IMG/VR virus record: IMGVR_UViG_3300037882_001138
Coordinates: 1 to 45,262 of that record
DNA: 45,262 nt
Reading direction: 5' to 3' (one strand)
Origin: a virus
Taxonomy: Duplodnaviria > Caudoviricetes
Below, piece by piece: positions 16,383 through 25,865 of this stretch. The position numbers were made by a program, and so were the translations under genes. Position 1 is the stretch's first letter; every line of letters starts with the position of its first letter. The notes beneath the pieces were generated by a model, which saw only the letters and a list, made by a program, of their open reading frames with translations, was not told the origin of the DNA and ran no database searches.

Positions 16383-18476
16383 ATGCTCGGGCTCGGCATA
16401 CGTGGCGTAGGCATCACAGGCTCGGGAGGGGAAACCACGCCCGACTTCTGGCTGAACTTCTCCAACCCCTCGAACGCCACTCTTGGCGTGACGCGAGTGC
16501 GGGGCACTCTGGACAACGCGGAAAGCACTCCAGACTTTTGGCTGAACTTCTCCAACCCCACGAACGCTACGCTAGGTGTCACCGAAGTACGCGGGACACT
16601 GGCGACGGGCGGGGGTGATAGCCTGATAACGCCGAGCGTAACTATCAGTCGCACCAGTGGCGTGGCCCCGTTGGCAATCCACTTTGACGCTACAGCCACC
16701 ACGGCGGTGGACTACACCGACCGCCCAATCCACGACATCGAATACCGGTGGGACTTCGGGGACGGCAACACCACCCCATGGTCGTACGGGGTATTGCCCG
16801 GCACGTTGCCACGCAACACCGCATACGGCCCTGTTGCTGCGTACGTTTACGAAACCGAAGGAACACACACGCCTATCCTGTACGCACGCCGTAGAAAGGA
16901 CGACGGCTCCTTCGACACGGCAACCCAGCCCCAGACCAGCATTACCGTAACCGCCGAGGATGCGGAGTTCGCAGGCACCAAAACTATTTGCGTGTCCACT
17001 TCGGGCGACTTCACTGGTGCCCCCGCTGGCTGCGTGCAAGTCACTAGCTCTAACGCAGTTACCGCAATCAGTGGAAACATCGGCTCCGGCAATAAGCGCA
17101 TCTTGTTCAAGCGCGGTGAGACGTTTAACGCAGGCTCGCAGATCGTTATCAACCGACCCGGACCTTGCATTGTTGGTGCTTTCGGTTCTGGGGCAAAACC
17201 GATAATCAACCGGACAAGCTCGGTAACCTTGATGGAGTGGGGTAGCTCTTCTACCCCCGACACCGTGTACGACTGGCGCTTTCAAGACTTGGTTTTTGAA
17301 GGTAGCTCGGTTGCAGCCGCGGCTGTCGAAGGCCGTGGCAGTTGCAGCCAAATGTTGATGCTCAGGTGCGACGTGCGCAATGCCAACTTCATGTGGCTAT
17401 TCAGCGGCTCGACAATCAATGGGTTGAATGCGCCTCCGAATGAGTTTACACATGCTCCATGGGATGAGTTCTATCTAGTCGATTCAACTTTCTACAACCT
17501 CATCGGCACCAGCAGCAGCGGCTCATGCACCATCTTTGCCGGGTTTGATCGTTTCGCAATGCTTGGGAATGATTTTGACAACAACTCCTCCGGTGAGCAT
17601 GGATGCCGAACACAGTTCACAAACCGCTGCGTCTACTCGTACAACACGATTAGAAACATTCAAGCGGGGAAAGCAAACTTGTCAATCCGCGGTGGCAACT
17701 TTGCGGGCGACAACACCTATGCTGCTGGGCTCTATTCCGAAAAGAACGTAGTTTCCTGCAACAACTTTGTTGGCGGAAACTCTGGCGGGATAATGGGCAT
17801 CGGCCCACAGAACAGCGATAACGACGAACGCGGGCGCGACATGATCGTGGAGTGCAACATGTACACAGGAAGCGCGAGCACGCTTAACGTCAATACCTGC
17901 GCGCAGCCGGATATTACCTACCGGAATAACGTCATATTGTCCCAGACCGGCGGCGTATTTTGCGCTATCGAGAAGAGCGGGCTTGTTCCGATTCCGACGA
18001 ACGTCAATTTCTACGGCAACAGTCTGTACACATCGAATTCGGACGCGGGTACGTTCTTTAACTTCGTCAGCTGTACGGTAGAGATTGGTACTGGAATCCC
18101 TGTTCCTGGTGACCCCAATGAAGCGATACGCAAGGGAGAAACCGCACCGGCAGGTTCTATTACCGTCGAGTCCAAGAATAACTTGGTCTATGGGCCTAAT
18201 CTTGTGAACGACGCTGGGATGTTCTACACGACCGGCGCGGCGGCATTTACTGCCAGTAACAACACCGCCAACAACACGGGTAACGCGCCTGCAATTAAGA
18301 CCTCGAACCCGAACTTCACAACACAACCCCCGACGACTATCGCGCACTTCAAACCTGTCTCCGGCTACGCCGTTGGTGGAGGTGGTACGGGCGCTGACCG
18401 TGTGCACGGGCGATATGTGGACATTCTGGGAGTCGAAATTCCCGCAACCCCAGACATCGGCGCAGTAGCCGCATAA
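16383..18476 (+). CDS. Putative head fibre/adhesin: duplicated N-terminal motif, PKD-like domain, parallel beta-helix
   Basis: SGVAPLAIHFDA..YRWDFGDG..YVYETEG (PKD); ILFKRGETF..GAFGSGAKP and Asn-rich repeats (pectin-lyase-like beta-helix). Confidence 0.75.
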   Translation: MLGLGIRGVGITGSGGETTPDFWLNFSNPSNATLGVTRVRGTLDNAESTPDFWLNFSNPTNATLGVTEVRGTLATGGGDSLITPSVTISRTSGVAPLAIHFDATATTAVDYTDRPIHDIEYRWDFGDGNTTPWSYGVLPGTLPRNTAYGPVAAYVYETEGTHTPILYARRRKDDGSFDTATQPQTSITVTAEDAEFAGTKTICVSTSGDFTGAPAGCVQVTSSNAVTAISGNIGSGNKRILFKRGETFNAGSQIVINRPGPCIVGAFGSGAKPIINRTSSVTLMEWGSSSTPDTVYDWRFQDLVFEGSSVAAAAVEGRGSCSQMLMLRCDVRNANFMWLFSGSTINGLNAPPNEFTHAPWDEFYLVDSTFYNLIGTSSSGSCTIFAGFDRFAMLGNDFDNNSSGEHGCRTQFTNRCVYSYNTIRNIQAGKANLSIRGGNFAGDNTYAAGLYSEKNVVSCNNFVGGNSGGIMGIGPQNSDNDERGRDMIVECNMYTGSASTLNVNTCAQPDITYRNNVILSQTGGVFCAIEKSGLVPIPTNVNFYGNSLYTSNSDAGTFFNFVSCTVEIGTGIPVPGDPNEAIRKGETAPAGSITVESKNNLVYGPNLVNDAGMFYTTGAAAFTASNNTANNTGNAPAIKTSNPNFTTQPPTTIAHFKPVSGYAVGGGGTGADRVHGRYVDILGVEIPATPDIGAVAA
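16431..16610 (+). repeat. 90-nt (30-aa) tandem duplication
   Basis: ETTPDFWLNFSNPSNATLGVTRVRGTLDNA / ESTPDFWLNFSNPTNATLGVTEVRGTLATG; many synonymous differences between the copies. Confidence 0.9.
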
Positions 18477-18485
18477 GGACGAACC

Positions 18486-19715
18486 ATGCCAACAATCACC
18501 ATAAGCGAAAGAACCGGCGCGGACCACGCTGGTATTGCCAGCGCAAACCTACGCTCAAATGCGCCCACTACGAACTACTTGGGTGGTAGCGCCTTTGAGG
18601 TCACTGAGTTTTTTACTGGGGACTACAAACACAACCTTTTTGTAATAACCAACAACACGGGCCTTACTGGAACTGTTACCGTTTCAGGCGCTGACTTTAC
18701 CGTGCGCTGCTCTGACGCTAGCAACGCCATCCACAGCTTCGCCCTACACCACGTCACAGCCGCAGCGACTGCTTCGCAGGCTACATGGCTCAACAGAACC
18801 ACCGCAGACGCGTGGACTGTTGCGGGATGCTACACGGCAGATCAGAGTGATGCCACAGATGCGAACACAACGGCACTTGCCGTGGCCTTGAATGCAACCG
18901 CGGGCACTGACCTGGTGCTCACTGGCGCGGGCCTAGACTCTCTTTTGTCCCAACTTTTGAGCGGCACCATTAGTGAATTGCGCTTGTTGATGGTGCGCAC
19001 TTTCCTTTTGGTGGACCCGGAAGACCCTGAAGGGCCAGCGCACGAGGATGGGGCTCCCAACGACTTCACGTTTGCCGAGTTTCGAGGTGTAGGAGACACC
19101 TCGCTTGGCCCAATCCTTACCGTGCCGTACACTGTAGGCTCGTCTGGCCCTACCGTTTCCAGTATCACCGCAACCAGCCCAACGGAAGCAGGTAACATAG
19201 TCTTCACCGTCACCTTAAGCGAAGCGGTCTCCGGCAGCGACGCAACGTATGCATACTCGTGGGGCGGCACAGCCACCAGCGCGGATTACACGCAGGCGCT
19301 AACAACCGGCATGTGCGCGCGCACTGGTGGGGCGTCAGGTGCTGTGACTGTTTCCGGCTCGAACGTGACAGCCGAGGTGGGGGTGTCCGCCTTCACCATC
19401 ACAGTGCCCACCACCACCGACGCACTGGACGAGAACGACGAGACGGTAATCCTGACCCTCGGCGGTACAGCCTCGTCAACGGTCACCATCACCGACGACG
19501 ACGCAGCGCCCACGATTACATCGAGCGACGCGACGCAGGTAGGCGACACGGTAACCTTCACGGTAACGATTGCCGCCAGTGGCAAGACCGTGACATTGGA
19601 CTACGCCACCTCTGACGGAACCAAGACCGCGGGCGTCGATTACACCGATACGTCCGGCACGTTGACCTTCACCCCCGGCGAGACGAGCAAGGACATTGTG
19701 GTGACCCGCCCCTAG
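18486..19715 (+). CDS. Virion adhesin-like protein with N-terminal DNRLRE/CBM-like domain and Calx-beta domains
   Basis: PTTNY..ATW.NR...W (DNRLRE-like); TEAGNIVFTVTLS..DENDETVILTL..TITDDD (complete Calx-beta); VTLDYATSDGT..AGVDY..SGTLTFTPGETSK (truncated Calx-beta). Confidence 0.75.
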   Translation: MPTITISERTGADHAGIASANLRSNAPTTNYLGGSAFEVTEFFTGDYKHNLFVITNNTGLTGTVTVSGADFTVRCSDASNAIHSFALHHVTAAATASQATWLNRTTADAWTVAGCYTADQSDATDANTTALAVALNATAGTDLVLTGAGLDSLLSQLLSGTISELRLLMVRTFLLVDPEDPEGPAHEDGAPNDFTFAEFRGVGDTSLGPILTVPYTVGSSGPTVSSITATSPTEAGNIVFTVTLSEAVSGSDATYAYSWGGTATSADYTQALTTGMCARTGGASGAVTVSGSNVTAEVGVSAFTITVPTTTDALDENDETVILTLGGTASSTVTITDDDAAPTITSSDATQVGDTVTFTVTIAASGKTVTLDYATSDGTKTAGVDYTDTSGTLTFTPGETSKDIVVTRP

Positions 19716-19748
19716 GGTATCCGTGATGTGGTAAGCGCCATCTACGAT
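19716..19748 (+). promoter_or_regulatory. Late promoter 3 (capsid operon)
   Basis: GGTATCCGTG-N17-TACGAT. Confidence 0.82.
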
Positions 19749-19763
19749 GCGCTTACTTTAACC

Positions 19764-20072
19764 ATGAGAGACCCAACCGACCTACGCAGCCAAGACCGTG
19801 AAGCCGAAGCCGACGAGCTAGGGGCACGCGAGCAACGCCGCAAGGAGCTGGATGATATCAAGTGGCTAATGGCTCACCCTCAAGGGCGCCGGGTTGTGAC
19901 CCGTCTGCTAGAGGAGGCAGGTGTTAACCGGACTTCGTTCAACCATAGCGGCAGCGTTATGGCCTTCAGCGAAGGCAAGAGACACATCGGTCTTTTTCTT
20001 ACAGCCGAATTGTTGCAGGCCGCACCGGAGGGGTATTTCAAACTATTGAAAGAATACCAGGCCAAAGAATGA
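19764..20072 (+). CDS. Bbp19-like head assembly protein
   Basis: DIKWLM..PQGRR...LLE.AGV.R.SF....MAF.EG.R.IGL; start moved downstream of the promoter. Confidence 0.8.
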   Translation: MRDPTDLRSQDREAEADELGAREQRRKELDDIKWLMAHPQGRRVVTRLLEEAGVNRTSFNHSGSVMAFSEGKRHIGLFLTAELLQAAPEGYFKLLKEYQAKE

Positions 20073-20656
20073 CAACTGATACGACAGCGGAAACCACTAC
20101 ACCTTCCAACGACAGTGGGGAACCGACGACTGAAAACCCTGTGACGACGCCAGCGACGACGGACGCCGCGACCACGCAGCCCGCAGAGACCAAAGCCCCC
20201 GAGGCAGCGGCACCTGAGAGCTACGAGTTCAAGATGCCCGACGGCGTGCAGTTGGATAAAACCGCTGCCGACGAATTCACAGCGATTGCCAAGGAGCTAA
20301 AGCTCGACCAGGCAATGGCGCAGAAGGTAGCCGACGTAGGGACCAAGATGGCCCAACGCCAGATTACCGATCACGCCAAGCGGGTAGAGACTTGGCTGGA
20401 GGAAGCGAAAACCGACAAGGAATTTGGCGGCGATAACTTCACCGAAAACGTGGCAGTAGCACGCAAAGCGCTTGATACGTTTGGTACTCCTGAACTCAAG
20501 GAAATACTCGATGGCTCAGGCTTCGGCAATCACCCTGCGGTGATCCGGGCGTTCTACAAAATCGGCAAGGCGATCAGTGAAGACGGGTTCGTTAAAGGCT
20601 CCGCTAAAGGGCCAGAGACGGACGTAGCAAAGCGCATGTTTCCCACAATGAATTAA
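20069..20656 (+). CDS. Capsid scaffolding protein
   Basis: Low-complexity N-terminus, PESYEF, DKEFGG, G.GNHP.VIR.F.KIGKAISED; precedes the MCP. Confidence 0.85.
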   Translation: MTTDTTAETTTPSNDSGEPTTENPVTTPATTDAATTQPAETKAPEAAAPESYEFKMPDGVQLDKTAADEFTAIAKELKLDQAMAQKVADVGTKMAQRQITDHAKRVETWLEEAKTDKEFGGDNFTENVAVARKALDTFGTPELKEILDGSGFGNHPAVIRAFYKIGKAISEDGFVKGSAKGPETDVAKRMFPTMN

Positions 20657-20673
20657 CTTGAAAGGTACTTAAA

Positions 20674-21669
20674 ATGGCAACCCTGTCTATCACCCACCCA
20701 ACGCTCTTGGATGTCGCCAAGCGTTTGGACCCCAACGGCAAGATCGACTCCATCGTCGAACTGATGACCGCCCAGAACCCTATCTTGGACGACTTGACGT
20801 TCATGGAAGGTAACCTGCCAACCGGTCACAAGACCACGGTTCGCACCGGTCTGCCCACTCCGACATGGCGCAAGCTGTACGGTGGCGTGCAGCCCACCAA
20901 GTCCACCACTGCGCAGGTCACTGATTCGTGCGGTATGTTGGAAGCCTACGCCGAAATCGACAAGGCACTAGCCGACTTGAACGGCAACACCGCTGCCTTC
21001 CGCTTGAGCGAAGACGCCGCCCACATCGAAGGCATGGCCCAAGAGCACGCCCAGACTCTGTTCTACGGCAACGAAGGCACCGAGCCTGAAGCCTTCACCG
21101 GCCTGGCACCTCGCTACAACAGCCTGTCCGCCCAGAACGCAGACAACATTATCGACGCCTTCAGCGGCTCCGGTGGTGACTTGACCTCGATCTGGTTGTG
21201 CGTGTGGGGTCCACAGACCGGCTTCGGCATTTACCCCAAGGGTAGCCAGGGCGGTTTGCAGATGACCGACAAAGGCCAGGTGACCATCGAGAACGTGGAC
21301 GGTGCAGGCGGACGCATGGAAGGTTACCGCACTCACTACCGCATGGACTCGGGTCTCACGATCCGCGACTGGCGCTACTTCGTGCGCGTGGCCAACATCG
21401 ACGTGAGCGAGTTGACCACCGACGCAAACACCAAGAACTTGGTCAAGTGGATGATGCAGGCAGCCGAGCGCATTCCTCAGTTGGGCAAGGGTCGTGCGTG
21501 CTTCTACATGAACCGCAATCTGCGCGAGAAGTTGCGCATCGGTATCTTGGAGAAAATCTCCACCAACCTGAGCTGGGAAACCGTCTCCGGCAAGCGCGTG
21601 ATGACATTCGATGACATCCCTGTCCGTCGCACTGACGCACTGGTGAACACCGAATCCCGCGTGGTCTAA
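20674..21669 (+). CDS. Major capsid protein (BPP-1 Bbp17-like)
   Basis: TTVRTGLP..TWRKLY.GV, GMLEAY.E.D..LA, FTGLAPRY, GL..RDWRY.VR.ANID; GAAAGG RBS. Confidence 0.93.
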   Translation: MATLSITHPTLLDVAKRLDPNGKIDSIVELMTAQNPILDDLTFMEGNLPTGHKTTVRTGLPTPTWRKLYGGVQPTKSTTAQVTDSCGMLEAYAEIDKALADLNGNTAAFRLSEDAAHIEGMAQEHAQTLFYGNEGTEPEAFTGLAPRYNSLSAQNADNIIDAFSGSGGDLTSIWLCVWGPQTGFGIYPKGSQGGLQMTDKGQVTIENVDGAGGRMEGYRTHYRMDSGLTIRDWRYFVRVANIDVSELTTDANTKNLVKWMMQAAERIPQLGKGRACFYMNRNLREKLRIGILEKISTNLSWETVSGKRVMTFDDIPVRRTDALVNTESRVV

Positions 21670-21698
21670 TTCCAACCGAACATTGAAAGGTATTTATC

Positions 21699-22172
21699 AT
21701 GATTCTCGACGAACGTAACGAATTCGCAGACGCCGTATCGGTGGCAGCTGCGGCAGGTACCGCCTTGATTGGTGATGTGATGGACTTAGGCACCGACGGC
21801 GTAAACCAGGTTGACGACCTCTTCCTGGTTATCCAGACCTCTACGGAGATCATCACTGGCGGCACCGCTGGAACCATCCAGTTCTTCCTGTGCTCTGACG
21901 CTGCGGCCACTTTGGCCTCTGCTGTGGTGGCCAACTGTACGACTCACGTATCCAGTGCGATCTTGGTGACGGACGACGCCGCTGCCAACTCCACCGCGTT
22001 GAACGCGGGCGAGTACATCTACGTGGGCAAACTGCCTCGTGGTGTGTACGAGCGCTACCTTGGCATCTTGTGCACCATCGGTACTACCACTGTGACGGCT
22101 GGTGCCATCAACGCCTTCCTGACCATGAACCCCCCAAGCTGGAAAGCGTTTGATGCGCCTTACCAAGCCTAA
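21699..22172 (+). CDS. Capsid cement/decoration protein (Bbp16-like)
   Basis: MILD....F, DVMDLG, YERYLG, TAGAINAFL; follows the MCP. Confidence 0.8.
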   Translation: MILDERNEFADAVSVAAAAGTALIGDVMDLGTDGVNQVDDLFLVIQTSTEIITGGTAGTIQFFLCSDAAATLASAVVANCTTHVSSAILVTDDAAANSTALNAGEYIYVGKLPRGVYERYLGILCTIGTTTVTAGAINAFLTMNPPSWKAFDAPYQA

Positions 22173-22182
22173 GGACTAGCCC

Positions 22183-22401
22183 ATGAAAATCGTTGCTATC
22201 AAGCCAGCGTTTTACAATGGGCGGCGCGTGCGCGTAGGCGACGCCTTGGACATCCCGCAAGGGACCAAGGGGTCGTGGTTCGCGCCCGTTGCATCCGAGG
22301 AGGCGAAAGCCGCCAAGGCCAAGCCCGCGAAGCAGGAGCCAAAAGCCCTATCGGAGTTGGGTTCGGACAAGGCTAAGGCGTTTACCGACGTACTGGCTTA
22401 A
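22183..22401 (+). CDS. 72-aa virion-associated protein
   Basis: AAGGA RBS; MK.VA....FY.G.R...GD pattern common after capsid genes. Confidence 0.75.
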   Translation: MKIVAIKPAFYNGRRVRVGDALDIPQGTKGSWFAPVASEEAKAAKAKPAKQEPKALSELGSDKAKAFTDVLA

Positions 22402-22418
22402 CGCCCGCCGGGCAAGTC

Positions 22419-22454
22419 AAAAGGGTACGCACAATCTGCGTACCCTTTTTCTTT
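22419..22454 (+). terminator. Intrinsic terminator after the capsid operon
   Basis: AAAAGGGTACGCA-CAATC-TGCGTACCCTTTTTCTTT. Confidence 0.88.
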
Positions 22455-22455
22455 G

Positions 22456-22488
22456 GGTATCCGTGTCGTAAACCCAGCCCCCTACACT
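22456..22488 (+). promoter_or_regulatory. Late promoter 4 (tail/internal protein operon)
   Basis: GGTATCCGTG-N17-TACACT immediately after the terminator. Confidence 0.82.
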
Positions 22489-22508
22489 GAGCGCCATCGG
22501 AGAACCTA

Positions 22509-23141
22509 ATGGCCTCAGTCGCACAAATTTGTAACATGGCGTTGAGCCATATCGGCTCGGACGCCCGCGTCTCAAGTATCAGCCCCCCTGACGGCAGCGT
22601 TGAGGCAGGCCACTGCGCCACCTTCTACGACTTGGCTCGCACCGAGCTGCTAGAGCCAGGCAGCTGGCGCTTCGCGCTCAAGCGCGCGGCATTGGCCGAA
22701 GTCACCAACGAGAGCACCGCCTGGGCCTACGCGTACGCGCGCCCATCCGACTGCCTCACCCCTAAGCGCATCCTGCGCCCAGGTACGACGCTGACCGTTT
22801 TCACGCAGGACGAAAGCGAGTACATCCCCAACGACGGCGACTCGGCCAACTTTGAGATCGAAGGTGACGTGGTTTACGCGAACGAGCCCGACGCTGTGAT
22901 GCTCTACGTTCGGGACGTTACCGACACCAACAAGTTCACGCCCGGCTTCGTGGCGACACTGGGCTACTTGTTGGCCAGCTACTTGGCCGGGCCTATCGTC
23001 AAAGGCAACGAAGGTGTGAAACTGGGCGACGGCATGCGCCAGCGCGCCATGTCTATTGGCTCCGCCGCAGCCACGACCTCGGCCAACGCGAGCAGCACAA
23101 GCAGCGACTTCACTCCCAGCCACATCAACGCGCGGCTATGA
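22509..23141 (+). CDS. Tail adaptor / tubular protein A (T7 gp11-like)
   Basis: S...ICN.ALS.IG, W.FA.KR..L, W.YAY..P.DCL. Confidence 0.85.
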   Translation: MASVAQICNMALSHIGSDARVSSISPPDGSVEAGHCATFYDLARTELLEPGSWRFALKRAALAEVTNESTAWAYAYARPSDCLTPKRILRPGTTLTVFTQDESEYIPNDGDSANFEIEGDVVYANEPDAVMLYVRDVTDTNKFTPGFVATLGYLLASYLAGPIVKGNEGVKLGDGMRQRAMSIGSAAATTSANASSTSSDFTPSHINARL

Positions 23142-25423
23142 GCACCAAGATTCTGCTGCGTAGCTTTGCCGGGGGAGAGATCACGCCCGAACTGGCTGGA
23201 CGCCTCGACCTCGTGAAATTTCAGACGGGGTTAGGGTTATGCCGCAATTTCATAACCCTACCGCACGGGCCTGCTGCCCGACGCACAGGTTTTGAGTTTA
23301 TCAATGAGGCCAAGACCAGCCCCAGCGCTGTGCGCCTGATCCCGTTCTCGTTCAGTGCCACGCAGACTGCCGTACTGGAGTTTGGCGACCTGTACATCCG
23401 GTTTCACATTGGTGGTGCTACGCTACTGGAAACCAACAAGACGATCACGGGAATCACCCAACCGGCGGGGGTAGTGACCAGCGCGGCCCACGGCTACAGC
23501 AATGGCAACTGGGTGTACCTCGCCGCCGTGGTCGGCATGACGCAGCTGAATGGGCGTTTTGTCGTGGTCTCTGACGCCGCGGCTGATACTTTCCGCATGA
23601 AGGACTTTGCGGGCAACTACATCACGACCGGCAGCTACGGCACCTACGTGTCCGGTGGCACAGCTGGACGGGTCTACACGCTGACCAGCACCTACGCCGC
23701 TGCCGATCTGTTCGATCTGCACTTCGCTCAGAGCGCGGACGTTATCACGATCACGCACCCCGGCTATCCCACGCGCGAGCTGAAGCGCCTGGGCGCAACC
23801 AACTGGACAATCACCGACGTGTCGTTCGCCCCGACCATCGCCGCCCCGTCGGCGCCGAGCGTCACCCCCACCGTGGCCGTGGCCGGCAGCGCCTCACCGC
23901 AGGAGTATTGCGTCACCTCCGTAGCAGCGGACGGAGTGACCGAATCGCTGGGCAGCACCAGCACTACGGTCTCGAACGACCTGTCCATCGCCGGTAACTA
24001 CAACACCATCACCTGGGGCGCCGTCACGGGGGCCACGCGCTACAACATCTACAAGCGCAGGGGCGGGGGCTTTGGCTACATGGGCCAAACCACAAGTCTG
24101 TCCGCTGTGGACGAGAACATCCTGGCAGACACCACACAGTCACCGCCCGAGGACATCATCGAACTGAACACCGGGGCGGGTGATTACCCGGCGGCCACCA
24201 CTTACCACGAGCAGCGTCGATGGTTTGCAGGTAGCACCAACAAGCCCCAAGTCGTATGGGGCACCCGCACTGGCACTGAGTCGAACCTCACGTCTAGTTT
24301 GCCGTCGCGCGATGCCGACGGCCTCGAAGTGCGCGTCGCCTCGATGCAGAACAACCAGATCAGGCACCTCGTACCACTGGCCGACCTGATCGCGCTCACC
24401 GCTGGTGGCGAGTTCCGCTTGTTCGCAGACGGTGCGCCCGCCATTACCCCTAGCTCCATCTCTATCAAGCCCCAAGGCTACAGCGGCGCCAGCAACGTGC
24501 AGCCGGTAGTGAGCGAGGGCTCTGTACTGTTTGTGCAAGCCCAAGGCTCCCGCATCCGCGAGCTGGCCTACAACTGGGAGAGCAACGCCTACCGGTCGGT
24601 GGACGTGTCGCTCATGGCCCCGCACCGGTTCAACGGCTACACCATCACCCAGCTCGCCTACACCCGCGCACCTGAGCCTACGCTGTGGGCGGTGCGCAAC
24701 GACGGCGTGCTGCTGGGTATGACCTACGTGCCCGACCAGCAGGTGTTCGGCTGGCACGCACACGACACCATCGGTGCCTTTGAGTCCGTCTGCGTTGTGG
24801 CCGAAGGTAACGAGGACGTGCTCTATGTGGTGGTCAAGCGTGAGATCGAGGGACGCGAAGCCCGCTACATCGAACGCCTACGCACCCGCACGTTGACCGC
24901 ACTGGAGGACGCATTCTTTGTGGACTCCGGCCTGAGCTATTCGGGCACGCCCGTCACCACCCTGCGTGGACTCTGGCACCTAGAAGGTGAGACGGTGGAC
25001 ATCCTAGCCGACGGTTCCGTGGAGCCTACGCAGGTAGTGACCGACGGCACGATCACGCTGGAGAACGCGGCTAGCAAGATCAGCGTCGGCCTCAACATCG
25101 TGGCCGACTTACGCACTCTCCCGCTGGCACTGGAAGGTGCCCAGGCCTCCGGGCAAGGCACCATCAAGAACGTGAACAAGGTGCACATCCGGGTGGGCCA
25201 GTCCAGCCTGGTCAAGGCTGGACCGTCGTTCGACCGGCTGCGCGAGTACCCGGCGCGTGAGGTGTCTGACCCCTACGGCTCGCCACCAGCGCTGCGCGAC
25301 GGCGAGCTGTCGCTATCCGTCGATCCAAGCTGGAGCACTGACGCCGCCGTCTGCATCCGCCAGGATGCACCCGTGCCGCTCACCGTTTTGTCCATGACGT
25401 TGGAAGTGCAGGGTGGCGGTTGA
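23138..25423 (+). CDS. Tail nozzle / tubular protein B (T7 gp12-like)
   Basis: SFAGGEITP...R.DL, G...RR.G, YP......EQR, W..H, F.DSG; carries a small inserted domain. Confidence 0.88.
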   Translation: MSTKILLRSFAGGEITPELAGRLDLVKFQTGLGLCRNFITLPHGPAARRTGFEFINEAKTSPSAVRLIPFSFSATQTAVLEFGDLYIRFHIGGATLLETNKTITGITQPAGVVTSAAHGYSNGNWVYLAAVVGMTQLNGRFVVVSDAAADTFRMKDFAGNYITTGSYGTYVSGGTAGRVYTLTSTYAAADLFDLHFAQSADVITITHPGYPTRELKRLGATNWTITDVSFAPTIAAPSAPSVTPTVAVAGSASPQEYCVTSVAADGVTESLGSTSTTVSNDLSIAGNYNTITWGAVTGATRYNIYKRRGGGFGYMGQTTSLSAVDENILADTTQSPPEDIIELNTGAGDYPAATTYHEQRRWFAGSTNKPQVVWGTRTGTESNLTSSLPSRDADGLEVRVASMQNNQIRHLVPLADLIALTAGGEFRLFADGAPAITPSSISIKPQGYSGASNVQPVVSEGSVLFVQAQGSRIRELAYNWESNAYRSVDVSLMAPHRFNGYTITQLAYTRAPEPTLWAVRNDGVLLGMTYVPDQQVFGWHAHDTIGAFESVCVVAEGNEDVLYVVVKREIEGREARYIERLRTRTLTALEDAFFVDSGLSYSGTPVTTLRGLWHLEGETVDILADGSVEPTQVVTDGTITLENAASKISVGLNIVADLRTLPLALEGAQASGQGTIKNVNKVHIRVGQSSLVKAGPSFDRLREYPAREVSDPYGSPPALRDGELSLSVDPSWSTDAAVCIRQDAPVPLTVLSMTLEVQGGG

Positions 25424-25862
25424 TGTCCGCCCGGTAAGGCCACAGGACGTGGCGCAGCTTGCCACCGAGCTCAGGCCAAGCGACGCCGCCGAGATACTGG
25501 CCACGGGATACCAGGACATTCACGCCGCACTAATGGGTGCCGTCACCGCATCGGTCATGTGTTGGTCGTGGTTCGTTGACGACGAGCTGGCCTGCATCAT
25601 GGGGGTTGGTCCCTTCGGCGACAGCGGCGCCCCCTGGATGATCGGCACGTCTGTTTGCGAAAAGCACGCCCGTATCCTTATCACACGCCCCCCAGAGTAC
25701 ATTGCCAAGATGCTAAAGGCCTTCCCGCATTTAGTGAACTACGTCCACGCCAAGAACACCACCAGCGTGCGGTGGCTGAAGTGCTTGGGGTTCACAATCC
25801 ACGAGGCTGCCCCTTACGGCCCGACGGGTGAGGCCTTCCACAAGTTTGAATTGAGAGGCTAG
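25413..25862 (+). CDS. T7 gp13-like (DUF2833, acetyltransferase-fold) virion assembly protein
   Basis: LRPSD..E, PWMIGT, L.NYV...N..S.RWL..LGF. Confidence 0.8.
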   Translation: MAVDVRPVRPQDVAQLATELRPSDAAEILATGYQDIHAALMGAVTASVMCWSWFVDDELACIMGVGPFGDSGAPWMIGTSVCEKHARILITRPPEYIAKMLKAFPHLVNYVHAKNTTSVRWLKCLGFTIHEAAPYGPTGEAFHKFELRG

Positions 25863-25865
25863 GGA

